From an uncultured Rhodospirillaceae bacterium (GTDB lineage Bacteria > Pseudomonadota > Alphaproteobacteria > Thalassobaculales > Thalassobaculaceae), in the NCBI GenBank assembly GCA_937891725.1, contig CALAHL010000536.1, forward strand, positions 1 to 26,320: 26,320 nt of DNA, written 5' to 3'. The notes below the pieces were generated by a model. That model did no database searches. It was given only the letters and a program-made list of their open reading frames with translations, and was not told where the DNA came from. Position numbers and translations under genes: made by a program. Of this stretch, positions 7,783 through 15,789 are shown piece by piece. How positions within the stretch are numbered: the stretch's first letter is position 1; each line of letters starts with the position of its first letter.

Positions 7783-8625
7783 TCAGGCCGCCTCCGCCAG
7801 ATCCTTTTCCCGCCGCAGCACTTCCCGCGCCAGGTCGAGATAGGCGCGGGCGCCGGTGCAGGTCATATCGTAGAGCAGAACCGGCTTGCCGTAGGACGGG
7901 GCTTCCGAGACCCGGACGTTGCGCGGGATCATCGTGCGGTACACCGTGGTGCCGAAATGCTCCCGCACATCGGCCGCGACCTGTTCCGAGAGGTTGTTGC
8001 GGCGATCGAACATGGTCAGAACCACGCCCTGGATCTCCAGGGTCGGATTCAGATGCTTGCGCACCCGTTCGACCGTCCGGATCAGCTGAGACAGGCCCTC
8101 AAGCGCGTAGAACTCGCATTGCAACGGCACCAGCACCGCATCGGACGCGACCAGCGCATTCAGCGTGAGCAGGCCCAGGGACGGCGGGCAGTCGATCAGG
8201 ATGTAGTCATAGGGCGACGCGGCCGCGTGCCGCACCACGGCTTCCCGCAGGCGGAACTCCCGGTGCTCCATCGAGACCAGCTCGATCTCCGCACCCGACA
8301 GGTTCTGCGACGCCGGCACCAGCTCAAGCCCCGGAATACCGGACTCGATCGCGGCATCGGCAATCGTGGCCTCGCCGATCAGCACCGCGTAGGAATCCGC
8401 CTCCCGCTTGTTGCGCGCGATCCCGAAGCCGGTCGAGGCGTTGCCCTGCGGGTCCAGGTCGATCACCAGCACCCGCTTGTTGCAGGCCGCCATCGCGGTC
8501 GCCAGGTTCACCGCGGTGGTGGTTTTGCCCACCCCGCCCTTCTGATTCACGATCGCCAGGATCCGGGGCGCCACATTGCCGCCGGAGGGCGGCAGGTCAG
8601 GCATCGAACGGGCTGCATCAGGCAT
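7783..8625 (-). CDS. parA: Chromosome partitioning ATPase ParA (Soj)
   Basis: AIVNQKGGVGKTT deviant Walker A, IDLDPQGNAS, YILIDCPPSLG, PLQCEFYALEG, IPRNVRVSEAPSYG. Confidence 0.98.
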   Translation of the reverse strand: MPDAARSMPDLPPSGGNVAPRILAIVNQKGGVGKTTTAVNLATAMAACNKRVLVIDLDPQGNASTGFGIARNKREADSYAVLIGEATIADAAIESGIPGLELVPASQNLSGAEIELVSMEHREFRLREAVVRHAAASPYDYILIDCPPSLGLLTLNALVASDAVLVPLQCEFYALEGLSQLIRTVERVRKHLNPTLEIQGVVLTMFDRRNNLSEQVAADVREHFGTTVYRTMIPRNVRVSEAPSYGKPVLLYDMTCTGARAYLDLAREVLRREKDLAEAA

Positions 8626-9238
8626 GGGTCACACCCTCCAAAAGCACAATGGTCCCGCGCGAATCACTACGGCTAGGGACCTTGGTAACATTCATATTCC
8701 AGTGCTTTTGGGCATCGGTCAACTCTTCGTCCACCCGCTCCCCTTTGAGGAACAGGTAGCGCGTTGAATCATCAGAGTATGACTTGGCATATTCGAGCAG
8801 TTTCGAGACCGGCGCGAGGGCCCGTGCGGTGATCAAACCGGCCCGAATCGGCTTGAGGGACTCGATTCGGCAACATTCGATGGCAACTCTGGCTCCGGTG
8901 ACCCGGGCCGCCTCCGACAGGAACGCCGCCTTGCGCCGATCGGATTCCACAAGCGTGATGTCCCCGCGCCCCAGAACCGCCAGAACCAGACCCGGAAATC
9001 CCGCCCCGGAGCCGAGATCCAGAACCGGGCCCGGAATTTCGGCCATCAGCGGCAGAAGTTGCGCGGAATCGAGGACATGACGGCGCCAAACCTCCTCCAG
9101 GGTCTTGGGCGCGACGAGATTGATGCGCTTCTGCCATTTGGTCAGCAGATCCACATAGGCCGAGAGCCGCGCAAGGGTCTCCGCATCGGTCTGAAGCGCA
9201 TCACGGACCTGAGATTTGGTGAGATCTGGAGCTGTCAT
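8618..9238 (-). CDS. rsmG: 16S rRNA m7G527 methyltransferase (GidB)
   Basis: KWQKRINLV, RHVLDSAQL, LDLGSGAGFPG, VESDRRKAAFL, ITARALAP, LFLKG. Confidence 0.96.
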   Translation of the reverse strand: MTAPDLTKSQVRDALQTDAETLARLSAYVDLLTKWQKRINLVAPKTLEEVWRRHVLDSAQLLPLMAEIPGPVLDLGSGAGFPGLVLAVLGRGDITLVESDRRKAAFLSEAARVTGARVAIECCRIESLKPIRAGLITARALAPVSKLLEYAKSYSDDSTRYLFLKGERVDEELTDAQKHWNMNVTKVPSRSDSRGTIVLLEGVTHA

Positions 9239-9246
9239 GGGTTGGA

Positions 9247-11118
9247 TCAGGCCGCAGAGCGGTTGGCGCCGCGTTTCACGTGACGCAAAAGTGCCAGGGT
9301 CGCGGCCGGCGTCATCCCCGGAAGCCGCGCCGCCTGCCCCAGCGTGGTCGGCCGCGCCCGTTTCAGCAGATCCCGGACCTCCGAGGACAGGCTGCCGATC
9401 GCATCCGGGTCGAGATCCGCCGGCAGTGCGACCGCCTCATCCCGGCGATAGGCCTTCACGTCCAGATCCTGGCGGGCGAGATATCCGGAATAGAGCGCTT
9501 CGATCGACAGCTGCTCGGCCAGATCCGGGCTCACGCCGCCCAGATCCTCCGGCCAGACCCGGACCAGCGCCGCCCAGTCGACCCCCGGGTAGGATAGAAG
9601 ATCGGCGGCACTGCGCCGCTGGCCGTCCTGATTGACCGAAAAGCCCAACTTCGCGAGCTGCGGTGGCGAGCCGCCGAGACGGTCGAGTGTTTCACGTGAA
9701 ACATTCAGCGCGTCCATCCGGGCCTCAAACGCCGCCTGACGCGCGGACCCCACCAGACCGGCGGCGATCCCCAGCCCGGTCAGCCGCTGATCCGCATTAT
9801 CGGCCCGCAGATACAAACGGTATTCGGCGCGGGAGGTGAACATCCGATACGGCTCCGGCGCCCCCCGTGTGGTCAGATCGTCGATCATCACACCGATATA
9901 GCCCTGCGCCCGGTCGATACTGAGCTCGATCCCGGCCGCATGGGTGCCGGCCACCAGGCCCTGGGCGGCCGCCTCCTCATAGCCGGTGGTGCCGTTGATC
10001 TGGCCCGCCAGATAGAGACCGGGCAGCCGACGGCTCTGGAGATCGGCCGTGAGGTCGCGCGGATCGGCATAGTCATACTCGATCGCGTAGCCCGCCTGCA
10101 GGATCTCTGCGCGCTCCAGTCCCGGAATCGTCTTCAGTAGCGACTCCTGGACATCCCGCGGCAGAGAGGTCGAGATGCCGTTCGGATAGATCGTGGGATC
10201 GTCCAAACCCTCCGGTTCCAGGAAAATCTGATGACTGGTCTTGTCGGCGAAGCGGACGATCTTGTCCTCGATCGACGGACAATAGCGCGGGCCCCGCCCC
10301 TCGATATGGCCGCCATACATGGCCGAGCGGTGCAGATTGTCCCGGATGATGCGATGCCCGGCCTCAGAGGTCGCGGTGATATGGCAGGGGATCTGCGGCA
10401 CCGTGATCTGGTCGGTCAGGGTCGAGAACGGCACCGGCGGATCGTCGCCGTGCTGCACGTCCAGCCCGGCCCAATCGATCGTACGGCCATCCAGACGCGG
10501 TGGCGTGCCGGTCTTCAGGCGGCCCAGCGGAAACCCCATCGCCTCCATCCGGGCGCCCAGGGCCGCGGCCGGACCGTCGCCGACCCGGCCGGCAGGCGTG
10601 CGCTCTTCTCCCATATGAATCATGCCGCGCAGGAAGGTCCCGGTGGTCAGCACCACCGCCCCCGCCCGGACACGGCGTCCGTCCTGCAGCACCACACCGC
10701 CGCAGCGGCCATCGGCCCCGACGATCAGGTCGTCGACCCCCGCCTTTTCGATCGACAGGGTCTCATAGTCCCGAAGGATTTCCTGAACTGCCTGACGATA
10801 GAGCTTACGGTCGGCCTGGGCGCGCGGGCCGCGCACCGCCGGGCCTTTCGACAGATTGAGTACGCGGAACTGGATGCCGGACCGGTCGATGGCGCGGGCC
10901 ATGATCCCGTCCAGCGCATCGATCTCCCGCACCAGATGGCCCTTGCCCAAGCCGCCGATCGCCGGGTTGCAGGACATCACCCCGATCGTGTCGCGCCGAT
11001 GGGTCACCAGCAGCGTGCGCGCACCGAGACGGGCGGAGGCCGCCGCCGCCTCACAGCCGGCATGGCCGCCGCCCACGACGATCACGTCCCAGAGTACTGC
11101 GTCAACTATCTCGCTCAT
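9247..11118 (-). CDS. mnmG: tRNA uridine-5-carboxymethylaminomethyl(34) synthesis enzyme (GidA)
   Basis: [81 protein letters not shown]. Start ATG 11118 (MSEIVD). Confidence 0.98.
   Translation of the reverse strand: MSEIVDAVLWDVIVVGGGHAGCEAAAASARLGARTLLVTHRRDTIGVMSCNPAIGGLGKGHLVREIDALDGIMARAIDRSGIQFRVLNLSKGPAVRGPRAQADRKLYRQAVQEILRDYETLSIEKAGVDDLIVGADGRCGGVVLQDGRRVRAGAVVLTTGTFLRGMIHMGEERTPAGRVGDGPAAALGARMEAMGFPLGRLKTGTPPRLDGRTIDWAGLDVQHGDDPPVPFSTLTDQITVPQIPCHITATSEAGHRIIRDNLHRSAMYGGHIEGRGPRYCPSIEDKIVRFADKTSHQIFLEPEGLDDPTIYPNGISTSLPRDVQESLLKTIPGLERAEILQAGYAIEYDYADPRDLTADLQSRRLPGLYLAGQINGTTGYEEAAAQGLVAGTHAAGIELSIDRAQGYIGVMIDDLTTRGAPEPYRMFTSRAEYRLYLRADNADQRLTGLGIAAGLVGSARQAAFEARMDALNVSRETLDRLGGSPPQLAKLGFSVNQDGQRRSAADLLSYPGVDWAALVRVWPEDLGGVSPDLAEQLSIEALYSGYLARQDLDVKAYRRDEAVALPADLDPDAIGSLSSEVRDLLKRARPTTLGQAARLPGMTPAATLALLRHVKRGANRSAA
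9272..9287. other. Degenerate parS site inside the mnmG 3' end
   Basis: CGTTTCACGTGACGCA matches TGTTTCACGTGAAACA at 13/16 positions; the left arm is intact apart from the outer base. Confidence 0.5.
9688..9703. other. parS centromere-like site (perfect), inside mnmG CDS
   Basis: TGTTTCACGTGAAACA perfect palindrome, encoding NVSRET on the minus strand. Confidence 0.92.
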
Positions 11119-11165
11119 GGTCTGGTGATACGGAAACCGCAGCGTTCCGTCAAAGACTTCGCGCA

Positions 11166-11181
11166 TGTTTCACGTGAAACA
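11166..11181. other. parS site (perfect) between mnmE and mnmG
   Basis: TGTTTCACGTGAAACA within a 22-bp perfect palindrome gcaTGTTTCACGTGAAACAtgc (11163-11184). Confidence 0.95.
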
Positions 11182-11187
11182 TGCCTC

Positions 11188-12528
11188 TCATTTCCCCAGA
11201 CAGAAGCTGCTGAAGATCACATCGAGCAGATCGTCCACATCCACACGCCCGGTGATACGCCCGATCGCCTGGGCCGCATGGCGCAGATCCTCGGCCACCA
11301 GCTCCAACGGCTGCGCATCGGCCAGCCCGCCCTGCGCCCGTTCCAAAGCAGCCCGCGCCGCACTCACCGCATGCCGGTGCCGGGCCCGGGTCAGGCTCGG
11401 CGCCTCCCCGAGCCCCATCATCCGGTCGGCCTCCTCGGTCAATCGGGCCAGAAGCGGCGCAAGTCCGGCCTCGGTCTTCACCGAAACCCCGATCCATCCC
11501 TCCGGCACGGCGCCTCCAAGATCGGTCTTGCTGGCCACCCGAAGGTCCCGCGCGCCGTCGCGCCCCGGCAAATCCCCATCAAAAGCAGTTCCGGCCACCG
11601 CCATATGGATCACCAGATCGGCGGCCCGGGCCCGGTCGAGCGCCCGACGCACCCCCTCCCGCTCCACCGAATCGGCGGTTTCGCGCAATCCGGCGGTGTC
11701 CCATAGGGTCACCGGATAGCCGTTCAGATCGAGGCTGACCTCAAGGACATCCCGGGTCGTGCCCGCGGTCTCACTCACAATCGCAACATCCCGATTCGCC
11801 AAGGCGTTAAGCAAGGAAGACTTACCGGCATTCGGAGGTCCGACAATGGCCATACTCAGGCCGTCCCGCAGCCGCTCGCCCCGTGTCGACTCCTGTTCCA
11901 GGCCGGCCAGGCGCACGACCAGCGCCGCCAGCTCGTCGGCGGTCTGCTGAAGCAGGTCCTGGGGGATCTCCTCATCCGGAAAGTCGATCCAGGCCTCGAG
12001 CATCGCCAAAGCGTGAATCAGCTCGTCCCGGAGCGGATCCAGCACCGCGCCGATCCCGCCGCCCATCTGCCGGAGCGCCTGGGCGCGCTGGGCCGCGGTT
12101 TCCGCGTCGATCAGATCAGCCAGGCCCTCCGCCTCGGCCAGATCCATCTTGCCGTTGAGGAAGGCGCGGCGCGAAAACTCCCCCGGATCCGCCGGCCGCA
12201 GGCCGGGACACGCCTCGAGCGCGCGAAAGATCCCGTCGAGCACCGCGGAGCCGCCGTGCAGATGAAGCTCCACCACGTCTTCGCCGGTGAAGCTGGCCGG
12301 GCCGGGAAACAGCACCGCAAGCCCGCGGTCGAGCAGCGCCCGGTCAACCGGCGCCCGAAACGACACCAGCGCCATCTCGCGCGGCTTCAGCCCGGACGCG
12401 CCCAGCCGCGCCGCCGCCGGTGCGGCCGCAGGTCCTGAAATGCGGATCACCGCCACGCCGGCCCGCCCCGGCGCGCTGGCCAAGGCGAAGATCGTCTCAC
12501 CCTTGGCGGATGGCAGACTTTCGGTCAT
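11188..12528 (-). CDS. mnmE: tRNA modification GTPase (TrmE)
   Basis: TIFALASAPGRAGVAVIRISG, SFTGEDVVELHLHGG, GPPNAGKSSLLNAL, GTTRD, DTAGLR, C-terminal FCLGK. Start ATG 12528. Confidence 0.98.
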   Translation of the reverse strand: MTESLPSAKGETIFALASAPGRAGVAVIRISGPAAAPAAARLGASGLKPREMALVSFRAPVDRALLDRGLAVLFPGPASFTGEDVVELHLHGGSAVLDGIFRALEACPGLRPADPGEFSRRAFLNGKMDLAEAEGLADLIDAETAAQRAQALRQMGGGIGAVLDPLRDELIHALAMLEAWIDFPDEEIPQDLLQQTADELAALVVRLAGLEQESTRGERLRDGLSMAIVGPPNAGKSSLLNALANRDVAIVSETAGTTRDVLEVSLDLNGYPVTLWDTAGLRETADSVEREGVRRALDRARAADLVIHMAVAGTAFDGDLPGRDGARDLRVASKTDLGGAVPEGWIGVSVKTEAGLAPLLARLTEEADRMMGLGEAPSLTRARHRHAVSAARAALERAQGGLADAQPLELVAEDLRHAAQAIGRITGRVDVDDLLDVIFSSFCLGK

Positions 12529-12630
12529 GAAACCGTGACTCCGTCTCTCACATGCTGATCGCGCTCTGGCGGACAGGTGATCCGATCTGTAGCCTCTTGC
12601 TCGGTCCGGTTCAATTCGGAGACAGCGCTC

Positions 12631-13125
12631 ATGGCCATCGAACCTCCGCTTCACGCAAGCCGCCTCGACAGCCCGGTCGGCGACCTGGTGGCGCTGTCGG
12701 ACGGTGCACATCTGGTCCGACTTACGTGGGCGGAGGAGCTGGATGACGCGCCCGACCTTCACGGGGAAGACGCTGTTTCACGTGAAACATCCAGGCAGCT
12801 CAAGGCTTATTTCGCGGGCGAACTGACTGCGTTCGAGCTGCCGATCCGGTTCGCGCGCGGCACCGACTTCGAGCAGGCGGTCTGGCGCGGGATGCTGGAG
12901 ATCCCCCATGGCGAGACCAGAACCTACGGCGATCTGGCGCACCTGACCGACGGCATCGCGCGGGCGGTCGGCACCGCCTGCGGCCGCAACCCGATCCCGA
13001 TCGTGGTGCCCTGCCACCGGGTGGTCGGGTCGGACGGGAAGCTGGTCGGGTTCTCCGGCGGCAAGGGAGTGGAGACCAAATCCTGGCTGCTGGATTTTGA
13101 GCGGGGCCAGAAACGGCTGTTCTAA
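12631..13125 (+). CDS. ogt: Methylated-DNA--protein-cysteine methyltransferase
   Basis: LDSPVGDL, GTDFEQAVW, IPHGETRTYG, ARAVGTACGRNPIPIVVPCHRVV (active-site PCHR), KSWLLDFE. GGAG SD precedes ATG 12631. Confidence 0.93.
   Translation: MAIEPPLHASRLDSPVGDLVALSDGAHLVRLTWAEELDDAPDLHGEDAVSRETSRQLKAYFAGELTAFELPIRFARGTDFEQAVWRGMLEIPHGETRTYGDLAHLTDGIARAVGTACGRNPIPIVVPCHRVVGSDGKLVGFSGGKGVETKSWLLDFERGQKRLF
12774..12789. other. parS site (perfect), inside ogt CDS
   Basis: TGTTTCACGTGAAACA, encoding AVSRET. Confidence 0.92.
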
Positions 13126-13177
13126 GGGGTATCTGGGCCAGATCTGTCGGACCAAGAGCCCTGCCGTTCACCGCCCT

Positions 13178-13302
13178 CGCCGCCCTTCGACAGGCTCAGG
13201 GCGATAAATGGTTGGGGATTATAAACGGTTGGGGCTGCTCTTCGCCTCCGTTCATGGCGGTGCGCGCCCCGCATTTATCGTGGTGAGCCTGTCGAACCAC
13301 GA
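13178..13302. repeat. REP-like element A: two inverted stem-loop units with GAGCCTGTCGA core
   Basis: Unit 1 cgcccttcgacaggctcagggcga (13181-13204) and unit 2 tcgtggtgagcctgtcgaaccacga (13278-13302). The arms 13186-13210 and 13272-13296 form a 25-bp inverted repeat with 3 mismatches. Confidence 0.85.
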
Positions 13303-13413
13303 CTCCTGAATCCGACACGGACCGCGCTCGGGGGATGACCGGCGGCGGAATTCCCCCATCATCCGCCCCCCGATCATCAGTCTGTTGACCGGGGAGGCCG
13401 TGGACACGCCCCC

Positions 13414-13442
13414 CTCGCAATGGGTACCGTCCCGCTCTATAT
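13414..13442 (+). promoter_or_regulatory. Possible sigma70-type promoter for the dienelactone hydrolase-qor pair
   Basis: CTCGCA-N17-CTATAT. The -10 matches the alphaproteobacterial CTATAT form; the -35 is weak. Confidence 0.3.
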
Positions 13443-13503
13443 GCGCGATGAGCGAAACCAGAGCCGGCTCAACGGCTCGCACAGGTCTCTCAGGGAGGCA
13501 GAT

Positions 13504-14199
13504 ATGACGACAACCACCATCACCGCCGGTGACGGCGGCAGCTTCAGCGCCTATGTGGCGATGCCGACCCGGCTCACGGCACCCGCCGTGGTCGTGATCC
13601 AGGAAATTTTCGGCGTTAACCAGGTGATGCGCGACCTGACGGACGCCTATGCCAAGGCGGGCTATATCGCGATCTGCCCGGATATCTTCTGGCGGATCGA
13701 GCCGGGCGTCGACATCACCGACAAATCCGAGGCCGACTGGCAGAAGGCGTTCGAGCTATTCGGCAAGTTCGACGTGGACGCCGGGGTCGAGGACCTGAAA
13801 GCCACCCTGGCCTATGCCCGCGGCATCAGCGGGTGCACCGGCAGGGCCGGCTCGGTCGGCTACTGTCTGGGCGGCAAGCTGGCCTATCTGATGGCGACCC
13901 GGTCCGAGTCCGACGCCAATGTCAGCTTTTACGGCGTGGGGATGGACGAACTGCTGGACGAAGCCTCCAACATCACCAAGCCCTATGTCTCGCATATCGC
14001 GGCAAAGGACGGGTTCGTGCCGCCGGAAGCACAGGCCAAGATCCTACCGGTCTTCGAGGCACACCCCCTGATCACGCCTTATGTCTATGCCGGACAGGAC
14101 CACGCCTTCGCCCGTGAGGGCGGCGAGCATTTCGACGCGGCCGCAGCCGAATTGGCAAACCGGCGGACCCAGGATTTCTTCACACAGCATCTCAGCTGA
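13504..14199 (+). CDS. Dienelactone hydrolase family protein
   Basis: VVVIQEIFGVN, GYIAICPDIFWR, VGYCLGG nucleophile motif, YAGQDHAFAR. GGAGG SD precedes ATG 13504. Confidence 0.92.
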   Translation: MTTTTITAGDGGSFSAYVAMPTRLTAPAVVVIQEIFGVNQVMRDLTDAYAKAGYIAICPDIFWRIEPGVDITDKSEADWQKAFELFGKFDVDAGVEDLKATLAYARGISGCTGRAGSVGYCLGGKLAYLMATRSESDANVSFYGVGMDELLDEASNITKPYVSHIAAKDGFVPPEAQAKILPVFEAHPLITPYVYAGQDHAFAREGGEHFDAAAAELANRRTQDFFTQHLS

Positions 14200-14227
14200 C
14201 CGACATCTGGATTTTAAGGAGACGACT

Positions 14228-15202
14228 ATGGTGAAAGCCATTCGCATGCATACCCAAGGTGGCCCTGAGGTCATGAAGCTGGAGGAGGTCGATCTGGCCG
14301 CTCCGGCCGCCGGCCAGATTCAGGTCAAGCACACCGCCATCGGGCTGAATTACATCGACACCTACCACCGCAGCGGGCTGTACAAGCTCGAGCTCCCGTC
14401 GGGGCTGGGCATGGAGGGTGCCGGAACCGTCGCCGCAATCGGTGACGGGGTGTCCAGCGTGAAGGTCGGCGACCGGATCGCCTACGCCGCTCCGCCCCCA
14501 GGCTCCTATGCCGAGGCCCGGAATATCGAGGAGACCAAGGTCGTCAAGATCCCGGACGGGGTCGACGACAAAACCGCGGCCGCCATGATGCTGCAGGGCC
14601 TGACGGTGCAGTACCTGATCCGGCAGATCTACAAAGTCGGCAAGGGCGACACCATTCTGGTGCACGCCGCCGCCGGCGGTGTCGGCTCGATCCTGTGCCA
14701 GTGGGCCAGCCATCTGGGCGCCACCGTGATCGGCACGGTGGGTTCAGACGAGAAGGCTGAGCTCGCCAAGGCCAATGGCTGCGCCCATCCGATCGTCTAC
14801 ACCCGCGAGAATTTCGTGGACCGGGTCATGGAGATCACCGACGGCAAGAAAGTGCCGGTGGTCTATGACTCGATCGGCAAGGACACTTGGCCACTGTCGC
14901 TGGACTGTCTGGCGCCGACCGGCCTGATGGTCAGCTTCGGCCAGGCTTCCGGCCCGATCCCACCGGTCGATCTGGGGATTTTCGCGGCCAAGGGCTCGCT
15001 CAAGTTCACCCGCCCGACCCTGATGACCTATACCGCCAAGAAGTCGGACCTGGACGTGATGGCGGCCGATCTGTTCGACGTGGTGGCCAAAGGGGTGGTC
15101 AAGATCGCGATCAACCAGACCTATGCGCTGGCCGACGTCGTCCAGGCCCACAAGGACCTGGAAGGCCGCAAGACCACCGGCTCGACCATCCTGATGCCGT
15201 AA
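14228..15202 (+). CDS. qor: NADPH:quinone oxidoreductase (zeta-crystallin/MDR family)
   Basis: GGPEVMKLEEV, AIGLNYIDTYHRSGLY, AAAMMLQGLT, LVHAAAGGVG, VVYDSIGKDT, GRKTTGSTILMP. AAGGAG SD precedes ATG 14228. Confidence 0.93.
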   Translation: MVKAIRMHTQGGPEVMKLEEVDLAAPAAGQIQVKHTAIGLNYIDTYHRSGLYKLELPSGLGMEGAGTVAAIGDGVSSVKVGDRIAYAAPPPGSYAEARNIEETKVVKIPDGVDDKTAAAMMLQGLTVQYLIRQIYKVGKGDTILVHAAAGGVGSILCQWASHLGATVIGTVGSDEKAELAKANGCAHPIVYTRENFVDRVMEITDGKKVPVVYDSIGKDTWPLSLDCLAPTGLMVSFGQASGPIPPVDLGIFAAKGSLKFTRPTLMTYTAKKSDLDVMAADLFDVVAKGVVKIAINQTYALADVVQAHKDLEGRKTTGSTILMP

Positions 15203-15210
15203 GACGGCGC

Positions 15211-15226
15211 TGTTTCACGTGAAACA
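15211..15226. other. parS site (perfect) downstream of qor
   Basis: TGTTTCACGTGAAACA, intergenic, immediately before a terminator hairpin. Confidence 0.92.
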
Positions 15227-15228
15227 CC

Positions 15229-15257
15229 AAGGGCGGCTCCAGTGGGCCGCCCTTTTT
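15229..15257 (+). terminator. Intrinsic terminator after qor (possibly bidirectional)
   Basis: AAGGGCGGC / GCCGCCCTT stem (15229-15237, 15246-15254) followed by a T-run, between convergent genes. Confidence 0.8.
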
Positions 15258-15595
15258 CAGACCATCGTTCTGGCTGCAACGCTGACCGCCCAATACAGCG
15301 CCAACCAAACCGTCGCATACGCCGTGATCAGGCCCAAACGCCCTTTGACGCCGGCTTTGACCGTTCCTCGGGCTTGCGGGCGCGCGAACAGAACGGCCGC
15401 CACCAGAGCGGCCAGCAGGGCACCGAAACCGGTCAAGAGGAACAGCACATCCGCCACCGCGAAGATCAGCGGTTTTTCCGGCCCCAAGAGCCCCGCAATT
15501 GGTAAAAATGAGACCAGCGCCCAGACGGACAGGATCGGGACCGCGCAAATGCCGATGATGAGCCTGCTAATATCCTTACGAGACACGTGAGACAT
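15257..15595 (-). CDS. Hypothetical small membrane protein (about 3 TM helices)
   Basis: Three hydrophobic segments (LIIGICAVPILSVWALVSFLPIAGLL; LIFAVADVLFLLTGFGALLAALVAAVLF; LGLITAYATVWLALYWAVSVAA). Start uncertain (15595 or up to 15640). Confidence 0.6.
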   Translation of the reverse strand: MSHVSRKDISRLIIGICAVPILSVWALVSFLPIAGLLGPEKPLIFAVADVLFLLTGFGALLAALVAAVLFARPQARGTVKAGVKGRLGLITAYATVWLALYWAVSVAARTMV

Positions 15596-15789
15596 GAATG
15601 AAAGCCTTTTCCGACTCGGGCGCATGGCAGGACCGCGCACCGCCTAAGGGATTGAGGAGGAAGGATCGACAAGTCACCGCCGTATTCTGACGGCGCCTCC
15701 ACGACCTAGGCGGAAAAGGCTTCATTTCGAGTGCGTTAGTGTCGCACCCCTGGGGTCAAACCACCGGGGTCGTACTCGCTCGAGCCGCT

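Noticed and set aside
11188-12762. N-terminal extensions in the ORF track (mnmE to 12762, mnmG 11166, parB 7729, hisE 2907, DLH 13420, qor 14081, rho 24501)
   Set aside because: Family similarity starts at internal ATGs, most with an SD or a stop overlap. The extensions run into neighbouring genes or regulatory DNA.
15219-15590. 123-aa + strand ORF starting within parS
   Set aside because: It spans a terminator hairpin and is antisense to a more protein-like 3-TM ORF.
15579-15594. parS-like CGAGACACGTGAGACA (also CTTTCCACGTGCTGAC at 22084-22099)
   Set aside because: Five or more mismatches to the consensus, with at most one partial arm; likely chance around CACGTG.
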